Shown here: piece by piece, positions 1 to 12,830 of the stretch | How the letters are laid out: every line of letters starts with the position of its first letter | Position numbering within the stretch: position 1 is the stretch's first letter | NCBI RefSeq assembly: GCF_964355755.1 | Contig: NC_092676.1 | Span: 18,804,871-18,868,870, forward strand | Direction of reading: 5' to 3' | Length of the DNA: 64,000 nucleotides | Source of the DNA: Antedon mediterranea | Lineage: Eukaryota > Animalia > Echinodermata | Position numbers and translations under genes: made by a program | Notes under the pieces: model-generated | Told to the model about the DNA's origin: nothing | Databases searched by the model: none | The model's input: the letters and a program-made list of their open reading frames with translations, nothing else

Positions 1-72
1 TGTCAAAATGTATTATTTATATTATCTTAGAACCTGTTTCTATGCATAACTAAGGATAATTGTTTTTTTAAA

Positions 73-603
73 TACAATTGAACCTCCCGTAAGTGGCCAC
101 CCTCGGGACCTGGAAAAGTGGCGGCTTACGGGCGGTGACCCCTTACGGGAGGTTCTGCCGGTAAAGGGCCAAAATCACTTATTATGGCTATATACGATAT
201 TCTTAACGAAACGAGCCTCTCAATTTTCCAGCTAATTGTAGGCCTATTATTATTTATAATCAGGTGGTTTAGTATTTTTTAGCATTTTCAGACAAATTAA
301 AAAAAATGTTATATGAAAAATGGTCGGTCGAAATCTGTGTAGTTTTCTCATCTCTTCATAGTAATGTTTTTAAAACCTCTTCAAAATAAAGCTAATATAT
401 AAAGAAATACAATAAACATGCACCTCTAATTCATAAGTCCATGCAATAAGTATCACTTTTTCGATTGGCCGCTTACAAAAAATCTCATTTTTAGTATAAA
501 AAGGTGCCCGCAGCTGCTTACGGTAAGCACCAAATGCACTAATTAGATAGGAAGAACAAACAGGCTTTTCAAAGTGCGTCCATTAAGGGAGGTGGCCGCT
601 GTA
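73..603. mobile_element. Putative Tc1/pogo-type MITE with internal inverted sub-repeats (degenerate right end)
   Basis: Starts TA-CAATTGAACCTCCCGTAAGTGGCCACC. Inverted copies of the motif (CTTACGGGAGGTT, TTAAGGGAGGTGGCCGC) recur and it ends CTG-TA. A related fragment lies near 25726. Confidence 0.45.
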
Positions 604-3600
604 AATAAAATATGGGGTTTTCATGAATAAAAATAATCACAGAAGAAAGTGCTTACGAATATGACCTTGTGAAACGGTAATTTGAAAATGCAAATAAGGC
701 ATGCCTGCTAATAATCTACAAATTTAAATTTGTATGAGATAAATATGCAAAATCTAAAGAATATCTCATTTTTAGTTACCATAGTAACTGTTGCTATGCA
801 TAACTAAGGGAAATTTAATAATTATCAGATAATTATTAATTAATAATTAATACTGAATCAAACCATCACAGTAAAAAAAATATAGAATTTAAAACCAATA
901 TTTAATAATAAAGTGTGATATTTTACATGCTGACCTTAAATGAAATGAAATTTCAAACCAGGGCTTCAATATTTGTTATGTAGCATTAACATACCTGAGT
1001 ATATCATTGACTTTTGATTGGCTCTATTTTGGGGAGGGGAAAGTGGTGGATCCAGGACTTTTAAATAGTTAGGGGGTTGAAGGCGAGGGTCTAAAAACTT
1101 AACTTTATGTCCTATCTTTTGCATTGCAATTTTTAACTTGGGGTGGGTGGGGGCTTGGAGAAAGGGGAGGGGGTGGGATGGAGGTGTTTGAATCCGTTTA
1201 TTCATTGGGGCGATAGTAGCGGCAGTGTGGGTGGTGCTTGAATGCATGCATTTGACACTCTATAGTGGATGATCGACCAAAGTGTTGCAGTTTATCTTTC
1301 TGTGGTTATAGTCGGGATCGGGGGGGGGGGGAGGGGTGGTAGTTGAAAGTGGTGGTGGATGGGCATGTGGGATCTGCTTAGGTTAGCAAATAAAAGAAGT
1401 AAACAAATGAAAGAGGAGCTTTAAAATAAGAGAGGAGTAATCTGTTGCAAAGATTAAAATTCACAACGATCTGATAATTTATTCAAATTTCCAGAGGATA
1501 TAACCTATAAAATGACATTAAAACTGGAAATTACAGAATCTATAATTAAAAATTAATTTTTTTTCTCACAACACAACTAGAACTATATAAAACATTAAGA
1601 ATTTTTCTGACCAATGAGTTTCAAATCAAATAATCAAAGAAAATAAAATGTTTTTACTAATATACCATGTTTTTTTTTTATAAAAATGCCTATGTTTCTC
1701 GCAACACTGCTTGTAGATTTTAAATTTACCCCAGTATTTTATTTTAGAAATCAATTATTAAACATTAGAACTACCTATTTGTAATAAATCAGCTAATAAA
1801 ATACACCACTTTGGGCGTTATGGTGAAGTAAAGTTTAGTTGCATTGAACCATTAAAAAAAAGTGAAAAACACCCCTTTTTAAATAAATGGTATCTCCCAA
1901 AGTATGAAATAAAAAAAAATAAAAAAATTTGAAACAGGTACACAATGCATTGTTATTATGCATACACTAATTATTTTTTATAATTAAATGAACATCACAA
2001 AAATATCGTTCATCAAAGTAGTACCAATATCCATTTTTAAAAACCTTAAAAAAGGACAAAATTTGTCAAAAACACAAATTTTGCCGTTGCCATGGAAATA
2101 TACGTGTGAAATAAAGAATACTTCATATTTGATTTCTCTCAACACATATATAGCCATGTGCAAAATTTGAAAGAAATCCATTTTTTGAGTCTGCCACTCT
2201 TTTTGATATTTCTTTGATTCTTACAGACAATGGCTCTTAACACGTCCTATTCAACTGGATATGGGATTTACTACTATTTCTATATTACAATGTAATTTAA
2301 AAAGAACGGAAGTATTTAAAACAAGGTATAATTCCTCTTCAATATGAGAAAGAGTCAACATAAATTACAGGATAAATAACTGCATGCATTGTATTTAACA
2401 TGGGAAAGGGGGAGGTGCTAGTGGGGTGTACGCGAGAAAAATGAACTCCGTGACGTTCACCACTGGGCACGGCGTTGTGGAAAAGAAATTAGGCATTTGT
2501 GTGAAATAGTACGCTGTATGGGGTTTAGCCTATTCAAGTTCAAGTTCAAATTTATTCACATAATGCAAACATATACAAAATATAATAGATACAAATGGTT
2601 GGAAATTAAGTAAATAATAGTTGCATTATGCCTGGAGAATACCATTTAAACCCAAGGGGCTTTAAGCCTGGATCCACCAGAAAGAATAAAAAAGTTAATA
2701 ATAATAATAATAATAAGCATACTATTTGTTTCTAAAAGTAGCCTAAAGATAAACCATACGCAAAATGTTTGTTATCGATGGGATGTATCACCTAGAGTGT
2801 CACAATAAAATTATAATAATGTTGTTTGTCTAGTGTGTAACTTCTCTAGCTTACATACAGCAATGTGGATGAATAAATAATGTAATGCTAGGCCTATATC
2901 ATGCAACCCCACCCCCTCCTCTAAAAAGATCACAATCATTCAGAAATTTCACGGATTCTCTTTTTAAGCTATAGTCACAGAATATGACATACGGTGCAGT
3001 GTTTCACTAAACCAAGAACGCCTGTTGCAAATACCTACCCAACGAAAGTCTCGTCAGAGTAGATAATTGTTAATCAATTATGAAAACTCAAATTTATAGA
3101 AAAAATCCAAATTTATTTTAAAAACGATGAATTTAGCAACACTATAATGTTACGTTCCTCGTTACTCTTTTCAGTCTGGAAACAAAAAGAAAAACAAATA
3201 TTGTTTTTATATACTACACAAAGAATAATAATGTAAGGCTAATAGTAATACTGTTCGTTAAAAAGGGAAGGAACTTTTGGCAGAAAAGTTGGGCCATTCT
3301 CTGTTGAGTAAAACAGCAACTCTCATTAATTTATTGTGTTAAAACAACAGAAAGGTAGGTTTTGTATCTTTTGTACAGTATCATAGCTTGACAAGTTACA
3401 AATGTTCTGACCAATCGGTTTGTTTTATTTTTCAATAACATTACATCTGAATACAATTGTAGTAAAAAGCACAGGGTTTGACTATTGTACACGTACAGAG
3501 ACCCTTTCATGGATAATGAAGCATTCAAGCACAATGGCGGGTTAATTTGGTGTTCCGAACATGAACAATACCCTCAAACAATAGACATGCGTGCTATTAA

Positions 3601-3699
3601 TTCGGTGAACAGTTATACAGTAATACGAAACACCATCTGAACCATAATTAAAAGTATCAAATTGAGTTGTTGGGTTGCACAGATAGTTGTCACGTCTTC

Positions 3700-3873
3700 A
3701 TGCATGGTATTTCCCATCCTACTCGTATTTACTGGTCAACAAGTGTTCATCTAAGCCGATTACGTATACAAGTTTGTTGAAGAGAGTGTATTCTACATAG
3801 ACGTACATTTAGCTGACTATTCTATCTTTGGTTAGGCCTATCCTGAATTCAATTTTGCAGCGAAACGGTAAGT
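3700..3873 (+). promoter_or_regulatory. Possible non-coding first exon of the RERG-like gene (donor CG|GTAAGT at 3868)
   Basis: Consensus donor followed by a T-rich intron. A matching acceptor (TTTTTTTCCAG, 6213) lies 67 nt before the ATG at 6281. The 5' start is not determinable. Confidence 0.35.
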
Positions 3874-5785
3874 TTTCTTGTATTCTTTTATCCTTTACGT
3901 AAGACTACAACATTTGTGTTAATCGCAGTTTATAATCGCAATGTTGGACTTATTATGACCTCGCTAATAGTTATAAAACGACTTTAATGGAAACAAAGTT
4001 GCGAATAATAATAATTAAAAAAAACAAGGAAGGACAGGAAGCTGAAGCGCCTTTCTCGTTTTACCTCCGGCCAAACTGGTTCATATCATGTTCATGGAAA
4101 ATTAATTATTCGTCTGCGGTTAATGATAAATTTATAATGTGAGTAAGTGAGTGGCAGATAATAGGAGAGGCAAGTTTAAGTAACTTTAAATCAAGATTAT
4201 CAATACCAGAAGCTTTGTTGTTTTGAAAAGCGTTTATGTGATCAAAAACTACTTCTGGTGCAATCAAATATTGAAATTACAATTCTGATATTTATATAAT
4301 TACATTATTTTTCTATTGGACAAGTAGAACCAACTGCATTGTAGGGCTGTAGAAAATCTTATCTTTTAAAATAAGCTAATTCTAGTAGGCCTGTTTTTTA
4401 CGAAACAATCATGAAGGTGCATGATGGTTGTAATGCACCATTATTATTATTCTTCCAAAGATTATTCGAAAAAAACACTTGATGGGTTTGGACGTTAATG
4501 CATCATTAGGACTTGTCCCCGCCTTTCTCTCTAAACACTAGTTCAGACCACCTTATAGTCCTTGAGATTCAAGGATTTCATTTCATTCGTAAAAAGACAA
4601 GTACATAACAAAAACAAACGTACAAAACTGTTCAGAAATCCATATGACCAAAGTGGAAAATGATAAGAGATATAGGCCTAACAAAATTGAAATACAATTA
4701 AATCCGTGTGTTGCTCTTGTTGCCTTATTATAATAATGGCCTAATTCTAATAACGACAATACAGTAATACAAATTGGTACTCACTGGTAGGCCTACTCAA
4801 TGCATATTGGATAGAAAGCACGGAACATCAATTCAGAACAACTAGGTTAAAATGATAAAATTTTGTTGTATCCCACACAATATTCGAACAAGTAAAAATT
4901 AGCACAACTTGACATTAAATTGTATTGTTTTGTTGCGCTATCAACGCCTTGATCAATGTATCTGACAGAAATATGACAAGGAGGCTCGTTTATACGAATC
5001 AGGGAAGAGTAAAATGTTTAGTCCCTTGACATACGGATGGATGATAACGTCCGACGATATATACCGTCAGATCAATCTATTATTCATCTCATAAAAATAA
5101 TACACATAACAAAAAGGAGTAAAACTATTTTAAAGAAGATGAAAGGGGCTTGTGATAGGAGGCTCACACAAAAACTAGTTAATATAAATAAAAAGTCTGT
5201 ATAGATGCATTGTTACATTTCCAAACAGAAAACTAAATAAATTAGAAACGTTTTCATGCAAGAAGTAAATACAACCAATTATAGAATGAAAATAATATTT
5301 TCAGTCAAATGATGTCATGATCAATAAGAAGAACTGAAAATAATTGTTTTCCTGGACCGCAACTGATGGACAACAAAGATAAAAACACATGACACTTATT
5401 TCTTCCTAAGTACTATACTAATCAATTAAGCTGAACAAACACAAAGCTACAGTAGTTACATAATAGGATGTTTTTTTTCTTTAACATTTGAAAACATTTG
5501 ATTCCACCAAGTGTTCTCCATTGATCGACTTTTAAAGTAAATAGGATTTGAGTTACATGTATCAACATTAATAGTATTGTGTTTTACGTCATGAAGGGTT
5601 GTATTAAACAAAATAATGAAATAACTAAACATAATACGTTACATGAGTAATTGTCAATCAAATGGTGGCCAATAAAATTTGTTATGTTTTGCTTCATATA
5701 AAATACATGGAGATATAAATGAGAAGAGAAGGATTATGGCTCGACGGTTCATATATGGGCCTTTTCTCCCAGCAAAACAATTCCC

Positions 5786-5951
5786 TTAAGCTCTGTCTAC
5801 ACTCTATCAAACTAGTTTGACAAAAAAGTGTGATGTGCCCAAATATGGTAGTGAAATGCCCAAATATAGTAGCGATATGACAACATCGTGTCCATATATG
5901 GGCACATCACATTTTTTGTCATATAGAGTTTGATGTGTAGACAAATCTTAA
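5786..5951. mobile_element. Palindromic MITE flanked by TTAA (family with copies at ~20590, ~51586, ~57215)
   Basis: TTAA-GCTCTGTCTACAC...GTGTAGACAAATC-TTAA with inverted arms TGTGATGTGCCCA/TGGGCACATCACA; four copies in the window. Confidence 0.75.
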
Positions 5952-6280
5952 AAACTTCGTTTTGTTAATTTGAGATTCTAACGCATGTGTTTGTCCTGTT
6001 GTGAACTTTACATTACATATTCTTGCTCTTGCCAATAATACAGTACGAATATTTGATTTATTAATATTTTTTATGTAGCTGTATGTGAGTTTAGTCTTAT
6101 TTATTTAATATTAGATACATCCTTACAGGATAACATATCTAACCTTATATAAACATGTTTCACGTACGTTATATTAGATAATATCAAAACGGTTAACACT
6201 TATTTTTTTCCAGTCCACTGGTGGATTAATGAACTGTTCTTGATCTTGATTTAATCGGCTCGTTGATCTGCAAAAACGAA

Positions 6281-9200
6281 ATGCGATCAAATGGAAAGCA
6301 AACACCAGCATTGTGCCCGGCGATACCTCAGCGACCTCGTACAATTGGCTCAATAAGGGGTTACAAATCAAACATGCATAGGACGAGACCCTATCGTATA
6401 TTTGTGGTTGGCGATTCAAGTGTAGGAAAATCAGGTAAGTTTAATTATTTCATGATTTGAGTTACTAGATTAACGAATTAAGTACTCAGAAACTGAGCAA
6501 AATACTTGGTAAATTCGTGTAGAGAAATAAGTTAGTTTAGTCAGGGAGTTTTTTTTGGTGTTCGGCGGTAACCAACGCATGTTAAAAAACATTAATTTGT
6601 TTCATTTTGGGAATTGTTCTTGTTTTTACTTAGAACTGAAAATCATACTTACAGTTGTTTAAGCACACATGACCCATTGTTGCTAAATGATCAGTTAATG
6701 ACGTAATCGTAATTCTGAATATTCTATTGTTAGTAAAGGTTCACTGGTATTGTTATAATTACGCGATTAAGTGATTGTTCAGTAGTCAAGTGTACCGTAC
6801 TTAAAAAGGCAACATGGTTGTACTAATTAGGTTATAATTAAGGCGACAATTATAATATAATTGTGTATAATCATGGAGTATATGCTAATTATTTAAAAAT
6901 ACAATTGAACAATTGACCAATTAGTACAAACAGTGTCTACTATATCCAGTTTTCTTAGAATTAGTTTTCATATTCAAGCAAATACAATTTCCTTGTGCTT
7001 TTACTACTAAAGCTTGGTTCGTACACTTGCAAGACGGGTGTAAGCGCGCCGCAAATAATTAGACCTATCACGACGCCGTGGATAGTTAGAACTGTCGCTT
7101 GTGATTGGTCAACTCGGTTGCGTTGCGCCTACGTTATTGTATTTTGTCCAAGCCTAATACACATTGCATCACGAGTTGATGAAAAAACTAAACATCACAT
7201 TATTAAACATAACTTTAGCTTCACGTATTTTGAATCGTACAATAACTTTATAACTTAGGCCTAACTCAGCTGAAATATATTATATACATTTAATATTACT
7301 TTTAAAGTAAAAAATAATACTCACTCATGTAGGCCTACGTGAAACCATTGGAACCAAAACCAGTTTCCAGATCAGTCTCCAACATCAAGACCAACTGACG
7401 GAAAAGTTTACTTTTGAGACACGCGGAAATTAATGACTAACTGATGTCCTGCAATTGTGTACTACTGTATGATATCCGATCATCATAATCATTTCAATTC
7501 ATTTTGTTTATTTAGCGCTGACAGTTCGATTCGTAACACGAAGGTTTTTGACCGAATACGCACCGAAAGCAGGTAAATATATTTTTATAATTCTTTACCA
7601 TTACTTCATTTTACTAAAATAACAAGGGTCTAGGCCTATATGAAAATAATGGCGCTGTTTAAAATGGACAGCTTACAAATTATTGTACTTGAACTGTAAG
7701 AAAATTAGATCACACAAATCGGGTACCACTTTATAGGAAAGTTAACGAATACAAGTTTCGGAACCGACCTGTCGTGGTCACACCAAATGATTTTATTTAC
7801 AATGTATTTTAGTCATTAATAAAAAGCGATTATGGCCTGTCACACGCAAAGCGACCTCTATGTAAATTCGTGGGTTGTCAAATCTTTACAGTAGTAATCA
7901 ATGATATTATGATAAACTGTATATCAAAAACAATATTGATAGACAATTATATAGATTATTTATTATTATATAAGCCTAAATAAATTCCTGTCATTTGATT
8001 GGACGAATGTGGGTCACATGGCGTGCAATAGTACGCACTATTCAACGATCGTTAAATAGTACTTTTTGAAACATTTTTGTGTACGAAAAAAAAACGTCTA
8101 GATGTTATATAAAACAAATAATGAATGTTTTGTATTCGTGTAATGGTACAAATAATGGCACTTGGTGAATGATGAAAGGTTATATCAACTCGGCTTTGCC
8201 TCGTTGATATAACCTTTCATCATTCACCTCGTGCCATTATTTGTACCATTGCACTCATAAACATTCATTATTTGTATACTATTTACCATATACAATGATT
8301 TATATTCTTCTAGAAATTACCGTGGAAAAGTACATAGACATTGATAATTGTCAAATGCATGTGGCAATCACGGATACTGCAAAGCCGGTATGTACATTTT
8401 TATAATATATTTTTTTCCACAACTGCAACTGTGTAATCTGTATAAATTTTCTTTGTAACACGAATAAAAGTTGGCTTGTTTCCTTAAACGTACCAAAGTT
8501 CCTATAGCCAGGATTTTTTTTACAGGAGGGTTCATTTTTTTTCTCAAAAGAGGAAAGTGTAAGCAACTGTAGAAAAAATAAATGTTAAAACTATGAAAGT
8601 AATGTGTCTGCTAACTATGAGAATTGGCCATAACATTGTCATGAGTTAGGCCTATTTACTAGCAGTTTTGCTGTTTGAAAAGGACACTTCAGGAAAAAAT
8701 GTGCTTGCATAGATCATTGTTGTCTGTTTCACGATAAAAGCTGAGTTGATTCTGACACCTTGAATATCATTTTCATTATTGATGGTTATTTACCATACAG
8801 AAAGATCCCATTTTAGGTTTCGAGTGAACAATAGGCCATTGTTTCTACTTATTTTTTTAGATTAAAGTTCTTCCAACAAACATTGATGGCATTATGGTTG
8901 TATACGACATTTCAAAGAGGGCATCCTTCGTTGAGGCCACCCGCATCCTCGATAGTATTTCACAGAAAATGCCAAGCAGAATTCCAAAATGTCTTATCGG
9001 CAACAAGGCTGATCTTGAACATTTAAGAGAAGTTTCAACAATAGAGGGCGAGATTGCAACAACAAAATACGATACGCTCGACTGTATATTTCAGGAAACA
9101 TCTGCCGAAAATGGTGTTGATAGTGTAGACAAGGCGTTTCAGGCTCTTTTAAAACAAGTAAGTAAACAGCAGTAGGCCTACTTATTAAAGTAGGCCTACT

Positions 9201-9777
9201 TCATGATTACCGTACTTAACTGAATAAGGATCAAGTAGTGCATTTTTGCACCTGAAATTGATTCAATTCAATCTATCTTCACTGATGGTGAATTAGAACC
9301 TTAATCAGATAATCTGTGATAATATACACTGGCACTATAATTAATTATTTAAAAAGGGGATGAGATATACAAAACAATACACGACAATAGGCCTACATTA
9401 TATTTGACTATTCTCTACAATACAATCATTATTCTGGATTAATTAATATCCAGGCATTCAATGGTATTTCCCTCCATTTGTAGTTATGTTCTCTTGGTTT
9501 TGCTCCTGAATGCAAATCAATCAATTGATTAACAATTACTCACTAAGCTCGGCACAAACATTTCTAGTTGCTATGCTTTTTTTATTCAATGCTATTTATT
9601 CTATATATTAGTGTAGTACTAAAAGCTTTATTTTTATTTTTAAAGATTGTGCAATATCAAGAGGATAAATGTTGTATTTCATCATACGGATCTAATTCAA
9701 CTTTTAACAGAACTAAATCTCTTCGAGCAATAATGAACCGTTTTAGATCAAGGGGGAAGAGAACTGCAACAATATGA
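6281..9777 (+). CDS. RERG/RASL11/RASL12-like small GTPase, 237 aa; coding exons 6281-6434, 7516-7572, 8314-8387, 8861-9157, 9646-9777
   Basis: GT-AG exons join in frame (714 nt). G1 GDSSVGKS followed by ALTVRFVTRRFLTEY (RERG-like), G4 GNKADL, G5 ETSA. No CAAX; basic C-terminus ending RGKRTATI. Confidence 0.9.
7966..8278. mobile_element. Non-autonomous element ending in a ~165-bp hairpin (intron 2 of the GTPase gene), possibly Crypton-like
   Basis: Near-perfect palindrome 8114-8274 centred on CTCGGCTTTGCCTCG. Related pieces at ~26755-26850 and ~29590-29630. The superfamily call is tentative. Confidence 0.55.
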
Positions 9778-10739
9778 ATTATTCAGCATAGTATGCACAT
9801 TTTCTAAATCAATGCAATATCCCGTCATCATGAAGGATTCATACAGTAACATTTTGAGTTACAATTAATCTTTTAACACAACTAATGTGTCATCGTGGAA
9901 GCTTTAAGTGCAGTATTAGTTTATATATTTCGATTTATAACATTAGCAATTTTACATATAGGTATAAGAGATAAAATTATAATATATTATATATATATAT
10001 TGATAACGTGTTTGAAAATACAGTGATGCTTAGGCATAGTCTTACAAAGTATAAGCCTAAGAACAGGTTGTTCAATTGTTCCAAGTGATTCGTGGTAGGG
10101 TTTTTACATATGTTATGTTTAAAATATTATCATTCGAAGAATTATCATTGTGTACTCTGTATTTCATCACAACTAGGCCTATAAATAAAGATATGTTAAA
10201 AGAACTGGATAGTCCATTGACTACCATTACAGTAGATAAATATATAAAATGCTATTACTTACTGCATCACTAAGTTCAGTACTGTTGCTGTATTACTTAT
10301 ATTCCTCTAAACTCATTTCAGTCACTGAAACTGCTCAAAGGCGCAAATAAACAACAGCGGCTTCGACAGCCATGTTTTGACGTCTGTCTTGTCAAGCTGT
10401 TACGTAACCAACAGCGTACGTTGATCATGGAGGAATTCATGCGTTGATGTAACATAAATACAACAGCGCCTCTTTTAAACTATCGTTCACGGGTCTTATC
10501 TACATATCTCTCAAGACCTACTGTTACTCTCGTTATCGGGTCTACATTATACAGTGTACATAGGCCTACATAATCACCGATTTGATTTACAAATTAATTA
10601 AAGAAAACGCCAGCACTCTTGTTTGCACCATTACCAATCATAGCCCATTTATTTATTAATAATAGCAATCGAAAACAATACCGAAAATTACAACTTTATG
10701 TCTGAAATTTATAATACAATGGCCTTGAAACAGATTCTT

Positions 10740-12565
10740 ACAAGATAGCTAATACTTTAAATGAGTTTTTTTGCAAACATAGTACCTAACCTAGTTAAAC
10801 AAATTCCTCAATTTGAAAATAACCATGTAAATTATGAATACCCAAATCAAGGTGAAGACAAAATAAATTTCACACTTGTTGACGAAGAATATGTATATAA
10901 ACAAATTTTATCATTATCTGACAAAAAGGCTACAGGAACTGATGAAATTCCTGCTAAACTAATAAAATTAGGAATCAACTCAATTGTACAACCCATTACA
11001 TTTTTAATTAATTTATCTCCAAGAACCAGCGACTTCCCAAGTAAATGGAAAAATGCACGAATATGCCCATTTTTTAAAATGGCGACCGAAGTGAACCATC
11101 TAACTACAGGCCAATTTCTGTACTACCAATTTTATCGAAAATTATTGAACGCGCTGTCTTTGACCAACTCTATTCACAAATCAACCCTAAATTATACAAT
11201 CCACAATCTGGATTTAGGTCAAATTACTCGACATCATCGGCATTAATAAATATAACTGAAGATTGGATTGACAGTATTGAAAATGGTAAATACATAGGAC
11301 TAATAATGCTTGATCTCAAAAAAGCTTTCGACACTGTTAATCACCAGATACTAATAAAAAAACTACACAATTTTAATTTTGCTAATCATGTTATCAAATG
11401 GTTTGAAAATTATTTAACAAATCGTACACATATTACTAATATTAACAATGTTGATTCGGTCACGTCTAATAGTGTTTGTGGAATCCCTCATGGATCAATA
11501 CTAGGGCCCCTTCTATTTATCATGTATATTAATGATCTACCTAACTCAGTTTCCCATGTAAATGTAAGCATGTACGCAGATGAGACTGCATTATATTATG
11601 CATCTAAAGACATACACGATATAATAAGCAAAGTAAATACTGATCTAAAACATGTACAACTATGGTTAGCAAGTAACAAATTAAGTCTAAACGTTAAAAA
11701 GACTGAATATATGATTTTAGGAACACATCAAAAATTAATAAATTGATTAACATGGATATTAATATTAATATAGACGGTACAAAACTTGAAAAAGTAAATA
11801 ACTGTAAACATTTAGGTGTCATTATCGATGAAAATTTAAAATGGCATAAACAAATAGATCAGGTGAAAAATAAAGTAATATCAGGTCTGTACTATCTAAA
11901 AAAATGCAGCAATATTTTCTCTCAAAATATTCAATCATTAATGTACAAATCTATCATAGCCCACCATTTTGACTACTGCAATGTAGTATGTGGTCGTTGT
12001 AACCAAACCCTCAAAATATAAACTCCAAGTACTCAAAAATAGAGCGGCTAAAATAATTACACATACATCTAGGTATGACTCTAGCTCACAGGCGCTCAAA
12101 GATTAAAATTGGCCTAATTTAGAAGAAAAACAATATTACAACGAAGCAGTCACAATGTATAAAATAATGCATAACTTGACACCATCCTACTTAAGAAACA
12201 GATTCTATGAACGCAAACAAACATTTAATACTAGATCAAAATTCTAAGTTTACATAAGGCAAACACTGAGTATAAAAAGAAAAGTTTCTCGTATTCTGGC
12301 GCAAAGCTATGGAATAGTTTAAATGCTATAAACTCAAATGCAATTACAGCTCCTAATATACATATATTTTAAAAAATTACAAAATATACTTGAAACTCTA
12401 TATTTTTCGTGAAATCTTTTTTCTTTTTTTGTTTTTCTTTTTTTTTGTACTGTAAATTATAACTTGTGTAATAGTATAAATAGTTTTGTAGTAAACACCA
12501 ATATGGTGATTCAAGTGTTGCATCCGTTTTTAAATGAAGTTGTTATTATTATTATTATTATTATA
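10740..12565 (+). mobile_element. 5'-truncated CR1/L2-group LINE (frameshifted RT)
   Basis: ORF pieces with KATGTDEI, NYRPIS, DLKKAFDTVNH, GIPHGSILGPLLF, YAD(E), HLGVIIDENLKW, DYCNVV; ends in a (TTA)n tail. Confidence 0.92.
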
Positions 12566-12830
12566 CAACTCCACCATTTTAAATGGTAAAAAATAATGCA
12601 ACAGTCCATAATTAAAAAAAGTTATTTATCTGTTCTCGGCTGTCACTGTTCGAGAATCATGAATGCAAATCAGAGTATATAAGTTCAACAACATTTTTTT
12701 TTCTGCCTGACTTAATATATTTTTTACTAACGGGATATTGTCTGTACTTTATATAGCGAAGTTCTTTGAGTCAATGACGACGGTTCTGTTGAAGAGCCAA
12801 GTGGTTTTATTTTACTCGGATGTGATGTAA

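Noticed and set aside
966-1380. Pro-rich ORF and G-rich tract
   Set aside because: Low-complexity G-runs; G-quadruplex potential only, with no supporting gene structure
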